A DNA stretch of 64,000 bases, from NCBI GenBank assembly GCA_903861125.1, contig CAIOTF010000013.1:1482-65481 (forward strand), written 5' to 3'. Below are positions 58,934 through 64,000 of the stretch, piece after piece. Within the stretch, counting starts at the first letter, position 1. The number at the start of each line of letters is the position of its first letter. A program made the position numbers and the translations under genes. The stretch comes from an uncultured Ignavibacteriota bacterium. Lineage in GTDB: Bacteria; Bacteroidota; Ignavibacteria; UBA10030; UBA8401. Under the pieces are notes generated by a model. The model saw nothing but the letters and a program-made list of their open reading frames with translations, was not told the DNA's origin and did no database searches.

Positions 58934-60016
58934 ATGAAAATAACGATCGTCGGCCTTGGAGTCATAGGCGGTTCACTTGGTCTTGCCATCAAGCAGGCCG
59001 ATCACCTTGCGGTCATAACCGGATTTGACGATCCCGCGAAAATTGAATCCGCACTTGAGCGGGGGGCAATTGATTACGGGGCGTCATCACTTCTTTTATC
59101 CATCCACGACGCAGATATTATTTTCCTCTGCACGCCTGTGCGTACCATCCTGGAAATTCTTCCTGTTGCAGCACTGCATTGCAAAAAAAATACCATCGTA
59201 ACGGATGTCGGCAGCACTAAAGCAGAGATCGTTCGTGCGGCAGCCAAACAGTTTCGGAAAAACGGGATATTTGTCGGAGGCCATCCGATGGCGGGGTCCG
59301 AAGGGAAAGGGATCGAATATGCCGATCCGCTGCTGTTCCAAAACGCTACGTATGTGGTATGCGCCGACACGAAACAGCAAAAAAAAATAACTTCGTTGAC
59401 TTCATTGCTCCACTCCATCGGTGCACGAGTATTATTTCTTACCGCACCCGATCACGATAAAATTGCAGCTGCTATCAGCCATCTGCCGCAACTTGTTGCA
59501 GTGGCAATGATGAATATGGTTGAGAGGAAGAACAGATCGCACCAGGGATATTTGCAGCTGGCGGCAGGTGGATTCCGCGATATCACACGCATCGCATCAA
59601 GTCCGTACGAAATGTGGAAAGATATTCTTGCCACGAATTCCGGTGAGATCAAAAATATTGTCAGGGAATTTTCCGTTGCGCTTTCTCGGTTTGAAAAAGA
59701 CCTTCGTGAACCCCGTGGCCGTAAAAAATTTGCGCAGCGTTTCAACAATGCAAAAATTGTTCGCGATGCCATACCAAAAAATTCTAAAGGATTTCTTCAG
59801 CCTCTATTCGAAGTCTATGTTTCGGTCGACGACAAGCCGGGAGTACTTTCGGTGTTGACGACAGCATTGTTTAAAGCGAAGATTAATATTAAAGATATCG
59901 AACTTCTCAAGATCCGCGACGGACGGGGCGGAACATTCCGGCTATCGTTTGAGACAAAAAACGATGCTGAAGTAGCGAAAAGCATCCTGAAAACGAAAAA
60001 TATTAAAACGATCTAG
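58934..60016 (+). CDS. tyrA: Prephenate dehydrogenase with a C-terminal ACT domain
   Basis: Rossmann motif IVGLGVIGGSLG. C-terminal ACT-like ~70 aa. Confidence 0.8.
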   Translation: MKITIVGLGVIGGSLGLAIKQADHLAVITGFDDPAKIESALERGAIDYGASSLLLSIHDADIIFLCTPVRTILEILPVAALHCKKNTIVTDVGSTKAEIVRAAAKQFRKNGIFVGGHPMAGSEGKGIEYADPLLFQNATYVVCADTKQQKKITSLTSLLHSIGARVLFLTAPDHDKIAAAISHLPQLVAVAMMNMVERKNRSHQGYLQLAAGGFRDITRIASSPYEMWKDILATNSGEIKNIVREFSVALSRFEKDLREPRGRKKFAQRFNNAKIVRDAIPKNSKGFLQPLFEVYVSVDDKPGVLSVLTTALFKAKINIKDIELLKIRDGRGGTFRLSFETKNDAEVAKSILKTKNIKTI

Positions 60017-60036
60017 ACATCTCTACGCACCGGTCT

Positions 60037-63000
60037 CTATTCAATAACATTCATTCCGTTTTTCTGCAATAGTACATTCACTGCTTTTAGATCGTTCATT
60101 CTGATGGTATCCCACCGTTTCAGCAAAAGGGCAAACAGCCGGTCCTGATCCTTCACAGCCTCGCGTTGTTTTATTGTCGGCTGAACGTCCGAGCCCTGCA
60201 GCAAGATCATCAGATAGTTGAATGTATTCATCATTCCGCTGAAGGTTTCTTCACCCGCTGTTACCGTGGAAACACTGGAGTAGACAACATCCGATTCCCC
60301 GGGACCGGTTATACCGCTGAGTGCCGTCATTTTCTTCTCCAGATCTTTCAACGCATCAAGTAACGGACCGGAAGGATTCTTGTCAGTGAGAGCCTGGATA
60401 TTTTTGCGGATGGCTTGTATCTGCAAAGAGATGTCGTATGACTGCATTAATGGGCGATAACAATTCATGGACAGATCGAATTGCTGCTGCAGATCCTTAC
60501 CCGGTGTGGAGACGCGAGGATCCATTTTTACCGTAATTGTTTGGGAAGATGAGACACCGTCGACAGTTAATGTTACCGAATATTTTCCCGGATGAACCCA
60601 CGGTCCTAAAGGCAGACGAGCTGTATTTTGAAATGTTGCGGCAATCGGGAACCAAGGTTCAAATCCCTGCGGCGGTGAATAATGCAGATCCCATACAAAC
60701 CGCTGCATACCTTTTTGTGCCGAAAGCTTCTGCAGAGGGCGGATCCAGTATGTTGGATAGAAAACAGTCGATTCCGGAATCTCCTTAAGCACATCATTGC
60801 TGGCGTATCTGCGAACGAGCCGATGTACGTTGTCAAAAATCTCGAGCGTTACAAGCTTCGCATCATTTTTCAGGAAATAATCTATGATTGCGCCGTCGGG
60901 AGGATTTTCACCGGCCGGTTCATCCGGCGGAAGAGGTGTATCGGTGTTCATATTCCACCGCACACGATATGCCTCCTGAGGTTTGAATAAAAATGAATTT
61001 GTGGCGGCAATGCCGGAGTTGATCTGGCGAAGCGGGGTTATGTCATCAAGGATCCAGAATGAACGTCCATGTGTTCCGACAACAATATCGCCATCATGGA
61101 TTACAAGATCCCGAATGGATGTTGCCGGCATGTTCAACCGCAATGACTGCCAATGATCGCCGTCGTCGAACGAAACGTAAACCGCTTTTTCTGTTGCGGC
61201 ATATAACATACCTTTCCGCACCGGATCTTCGCGTACGGCGTTGACTGGTCCGCTCCCATCCAGACCAGTTACGATTTCTTTCCACGTTGTGCCGTTATTG
61301 TGTGTGCGGTAGATATGGGGAGAAAGGTCGTCAAGACGAAAACGGTTTACGGAGATATATGCCGTATGCACATCAAAATGCCCGGCATCGATCTGTGAGA
61401 TCTTGCTCCACGCCGTAAGTTCGGGTGGTGTTACATTTGACCAATTTATTCCTCCGTTCATCGTTACGTGAACAAGTCCGTCATCGGTACCGGCCCAGAG
61501 CACGTTTGCATCCGTATACGAAGGACCAACGGAATAAATGACTCCCCGACGCGTCATCGTTTTCATGTCGTCTGTTTTAAATATTCCGATATTATTGGGG
61601 ACCTCACACGTTTCACGCGAAAGGTCGGGACTAATGATCTCCCATGAGTTTCCGCCGTTTGTTGTTTTCCATAAAACATTTGCGGCAAAAAATAAAGAGC
61701 GTTTATCTGCCGGAGAAAAAACTAGCGGAGCCGTGCGAAGGGTCCTGTATTTACCGGAACGGATTACTTCGGGAGCAATATTCTGTACCTGGCCGGTTCT
61801 TCGATCGAATTTTGTGACGCGTCCGCCGTATACAATATTCGGATTCAACGGATCGGGAGCAACGTAAGCATATTCATCCGCATGCACCGAATGCCAATCC
61901 CTGAATGTGATCTGTCCTTCGTCTCCTCTGCTGGAAACCATTGCTGAACCGCTTTCCTGCTGACCGCCGTATACATTATATGGAAACTGATTATCCGTGC
62001 TGACATGATAGAATTGCGCCGTGGGCTGATTGTACCACGAACTCCACGAAGCGCCGCCGTTCACCGAGATCACTGCTCCCTGATCTGCGGCATACAACAG
62101 AATATTCGGGTTATCCGGATTGATCCATAATGTATGGTAATCATCTCCGCCCGGTGCACCCTTGAAATTCATCCAGCTCTTTCCGGCATCCGTCGATTTA
62201 TATGCGGCAACGGCAGTTGTGTAGATGATGTTGGAATTCTTTGGGTCGATGTCGATCTCTGCGAAATCACTTCCACGTGCCCATAAACGCCGGTCGTTGT
62301 TTACAAGATTCCATGTTTCTCCTGCGTCGGTTGAACGGTAGATTCCGCCTCCCGATAGAGCATCGACGGTTGCATACACAATGGATGAATCACTGTTGGA
62401 GAAACTGAAACCGATACGTCCCACACCTTGATCTGCTCCCGGCAATCCTTTGGTGAGTGCCGTCCAGTTGTTTCCTCCATCGATTGTTTTATAGAGACCG
62501 CTATTCTTTCCCTGCCACGATCCGTTTTCCCACGGTCCCTGACGTGCCGACCAGAGATCGGCAATAAGGAAGTCGGGATTCTTCGGATGGATGGCAAGCG
62601 CTATCGCTCCCGTATTTTCGTCTTTGTATAAAATTTTTTTCCATGATGTTCCGCCATCACTTGAACGAAAAACTCCACGCTCAGAATTTGCTCCGTACGG
62701 ATGTCCGAGAATAGCTGCATACACCTTGTTCTCATTCGTTGGGTCTACGGCAACCGCGCCGATCTGCTGTGCATCACCGAGACCAAGAAATGTCCAAGTC
62801 TTTCCTTCATCGGTCGATTTGTACATGCCGTCTCCAACTGAAAGATCAGGGCGTTGCAATCCTTCACCGGTGCCGACATAAATCACTTTCGGATTTGACG
62901 GTGCAACGGCCAGAGCGCCTATCGAACCAGTCGGCTGTTCGTCGAAAAGCGGTTTCCAGGTTCTTCCGTAGTCGCTTGTGCGCCAAACACCGCCGTTATT

Positions 63001-63183
63001 GACGCCGATATAAAAGACATTGGACTGTCCGGGCACGCCGGTTGCACCGACTGTTCGCCCCCCACGGTGAGGTCCGATCATCCGCCATTTCAACGACTGC
63101 AGAAGCGATGGATCGATTTGAAATGAAAACATTGAGGAAAGAATGGTGAAAAGAAGGAACGATATTCTGGCTGCGGTTGACAT
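60037..63183 (-). CDS. Secreted BNR/sortilin (VPS10)-repeat protein, GH74-like beta-propeller architecture
   Basis: Signal peptide. Multiple BNR repeats (S-x-D-x-G-x-T-W): RTSDYGRTW, KSTDEGKTW, RSSDGGTSW, RSTDAGETW, KSTDAGKSW, and others. 1048 aa. Confidence 0.7.
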   Translation of the reverse strand: MSTAARISFLLFTILSSMFSFQIDPSLLQSLKWRMIGPHRGGRTVGATGVPGQSNVFYIGVNNGGVWRTSDYGRTWKPLFDEQPTGSIGALAVAPSNPKVIYVGTGEGLQRPDLSVGDGMYKSTDEGKTWTFLGLGDAQQIGAVAVDPTNENKVYAAILGHPYGANSERGVFRSSDGGTSWKKILYKDENTGAIALAIHPKNPDFLIADLWSARQGPWENGSWQGKNSGLYKTIDGGNNWTALTKGLPGADQGVGRIGFSFSNSDSSIVYATVDALSGGGIYRSTDAGETWNLVNNDRRLWARGSDFAEIDIDPKNSNIIYTTAVAAYKSTDAGKSWMNFKGAPGGDDYHTLWINPDNPNILLYAADQGAVISVNGGASWSSWYNQPTAQFYHVSTDNQFPYNVYGGQQESGSAMVSSRGDEGQITFRDWHSVHADEYAYVAPDPLNPNIVYGGRVTKFDRRTGQVQNIAPEVIRSGKYRTLRTAPLVFSPADKRSLFFAANVLWKTTNGGNSWEIISPDLSRETCEVPNNIGIFKTDDMKTMTRRGVIYSVGPSYTDANVLWAGTDDGLVHVTMNGGINWSNVTPPELTAWSKISQIDAGHFDVHTAYISVNRFRLDDLSPHIYRTHNNGTTWKEIVTGLDGSGPVNAVREDPVRKGMLYAATEKAVYVSFDDGDHWQSLRLNMPATSIRDLVIHDGDIVVGTHGRSFWILDDITPLRQINSGIAATNSFLFKPQEAYRVRWNMNTDTPLPPDEPAGENPPDGAIIDYFLKNDAKLVTLEIFDNVHRLVRRYASNDVLKEIPESTVFYPTYWIRPLQKLSAQKGMQRFVWDLHYSPPQGFEPWFPIAATFQNTARLPLGPWVHPGKYSVTLTVDGVSSSQTITVKMDPRVSTPGKDLQQQFDLSMNCYRPLMQSYDISLQIQAIRKNIQALTDKNPSGPLLDALKDLEKKMTALSGITGPGESDVVYSSVSTVTAGEETFSGMMNTFNYLMILLQGSDVQPTIKQREAVKDQDRLFALLLKRWDTIRMNDLKAVNVLLQKNGMNVIE

Positions 63184-63352
63184 GGTGATAGCTCCGTTTC
63201 ATTAATGAAGTGAAACAATCTGTGAAGGGCGGGGATGAAATGCAAGGATAAATATTTGCAAGCGCCGCATTGCTAGGATTTTGTTTTTCAAAATTAATTT
63301 ATTACCCTGTACGCGAGATCACGATGCACTACTCATATCTATACAGGAACTT

Positions 63353-63835
63353 ATGGAACCCACTCAACGATCGCGCTTTATAACATACCTTTCAATATTT
63401 TCAATCGTTGCGGCTGTTTTTATGATCATTGAGGGTATTTCAAACATTGCCATGCTAAATTCCTTAAACAGCAGGCCGGAATTCGCCATGGCAGAAAAAT
63501 TGATGCCTTCATTGTCGATTTCTCCCACCGAAACAATCGTAGAAATTATGCTGCAATTCCTCGGCATTGTTGCTTCCATAGCAATGTTCAATCGCCTGAA
63601 TTGGGGAAGGGTGATGTATATTTCCGTTTTGATCGTTGTGACTCTGTGGGGGATTATTTCAAGTTTTGTATCGTATCTTTCTCTTGCTCAATATTTAAAT
63701 GCATTTGGTATGGGTGGATCACTCTCTCTGATGATCATAGGGAACGCGCTTTCTCTTGGCATCACTATCTATTTTGTCTGGAAACTGTCGACAAGAGAAA
63801 TACGGGACGAATTCTTGAAGCGCAGGGAGTTGTAA
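63353..63835 (+). CDS. Small hypothetical membrane protein
   Basis: Four predicted TM helices. The start is the Met at 63353 (the ORF-track start at 63281 is further upstream). Confidence 0.4.
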   Translation: MEPTQRSRFITYLSIFSIVAAVFMIIEGISNIAMLNSLNSRPEFAMAEKLMPSLSISPTETIVEIMLQFLGIVASIAMFNRLNWGRVMYISVLIVVTLWGIISSFVSYLSLAQYLNAFGMGGSLSLMIIGNALSLGITIYFVWKLSTREIRDEFLKRREL

Positions 63836-63865
63836 GAGATTAATTGTTGGAACATTTTGAAACAG

Positions 63866-63898
63866 CAAACGCCGCTCTGTGTGCGGCGTTTCTTTTTT
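63866..63898 (+). terminator. Rho-independent terminator
   Basis: ACGCCGC-TCTGTGT-GCGGCGT followed by TTCTTTTTTG. Confidence 0.7.
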
Positions 63899-64000
63899 GC
63901 ACCAAATTGAATATGCCGTTTGAATGAATATTTCCCCTAGCATTGTTGACGAAAAACAAAAGAGTACTTTATCCGATTACCATTAATAGAAACAGTGGAA

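Noticed and set aside
1-64000. CRISPR arrays, rRNA genes or an IS/transposase
   Set aside because: No regularly spaced 25 to 40-bp direct repeats were seen. No rRNA-like conserved stretches. No transposase-like ORF or terminal inverted repeats. The only mobile-element signal is the integrase/primase element at the left edge.

Overview
This 64-kb window comes from a Gram-negative, moderately AT-rich bacterium. The gene content (kdsA-kdsD-lptC-lptA-lptB operon, lolA, an enlarged LptA, a 1048-aa BNR/sortilin-type secreted protein, YfhO) is compatible with an FCB-group organism (Bacteroidota/Ignavibacteriota/Chlorobiota-like). That placement is inference only. (1) 1..3560 is the right-hand end of an integrative element: a P4/D5-like primase-helicase, an ori-like region (two inverted sets of three 9-bp iterons around an 80-bp AT-rich spacer plus a perfect 20-bp palindrome), a small ORF and a tyrosine integrase. 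It abuts a 3' fragment of an initiator tRNA-Met. It is followed by two ~100-bp tandem repeat units and a partial third; the two full units end in 18-bp copies of the tRNA 3' end and all three carry terminator-like hairpins (an att-core array). (2) 3.8..22 kb is core metabolism: surE, a sugar-phosphate nucleotidyltransferase, metK, ahcY, gpx, hisD-hisC, etfB-etfA, a bifunctional nuclease, pdxJ, a bactofilin-like/beta-barrel outer membrane protein, a YbbR protein, a methyltransferase-like protein and YfhO. (3) 22.2..41.0 kb is a visibly AT-richer glycan (O-antigen/CPS-type) island. It has two tandem FdtA/WxcM-like 3,4-ketoisomerases, a DegT-type aminotransferase, GNAT, GT2, GT4 and GT4-like transferases, a Wzx-like flippase and a Zn-ribbon methyltransferase. 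Embedded in it is an ACP-dependent acyl-chain assembly set: two ACPs, a KAS III, an SDR ketoreductase, a MaoC dehydratase-SDR fusion, an FkbH-like HAD-IIIC/GNAT protein, an AMP-ligase, an MBL hydrolase and a SAM methyltransferase. This is the most novel-looking system in the window. It most plausibly builds an unusual, glycerate- or polyketide-like N-acyl substituent on a 3-amino-3,6-dideoxyhexose. A KdsC-like phosphatase sits in this island rather than in the kds-lpt operon. (4) 41..64 kb is housekeeping: rng, tal, gcvT, comB-family, ftsK, lolA, PPIase, holA, kdsA-kdsD-lptC-lptA-lptB, DAHP synthase, tyrA, the BNR/sortilin protein and a small membrane protein. No CRISPR array and no rRNA were seen.
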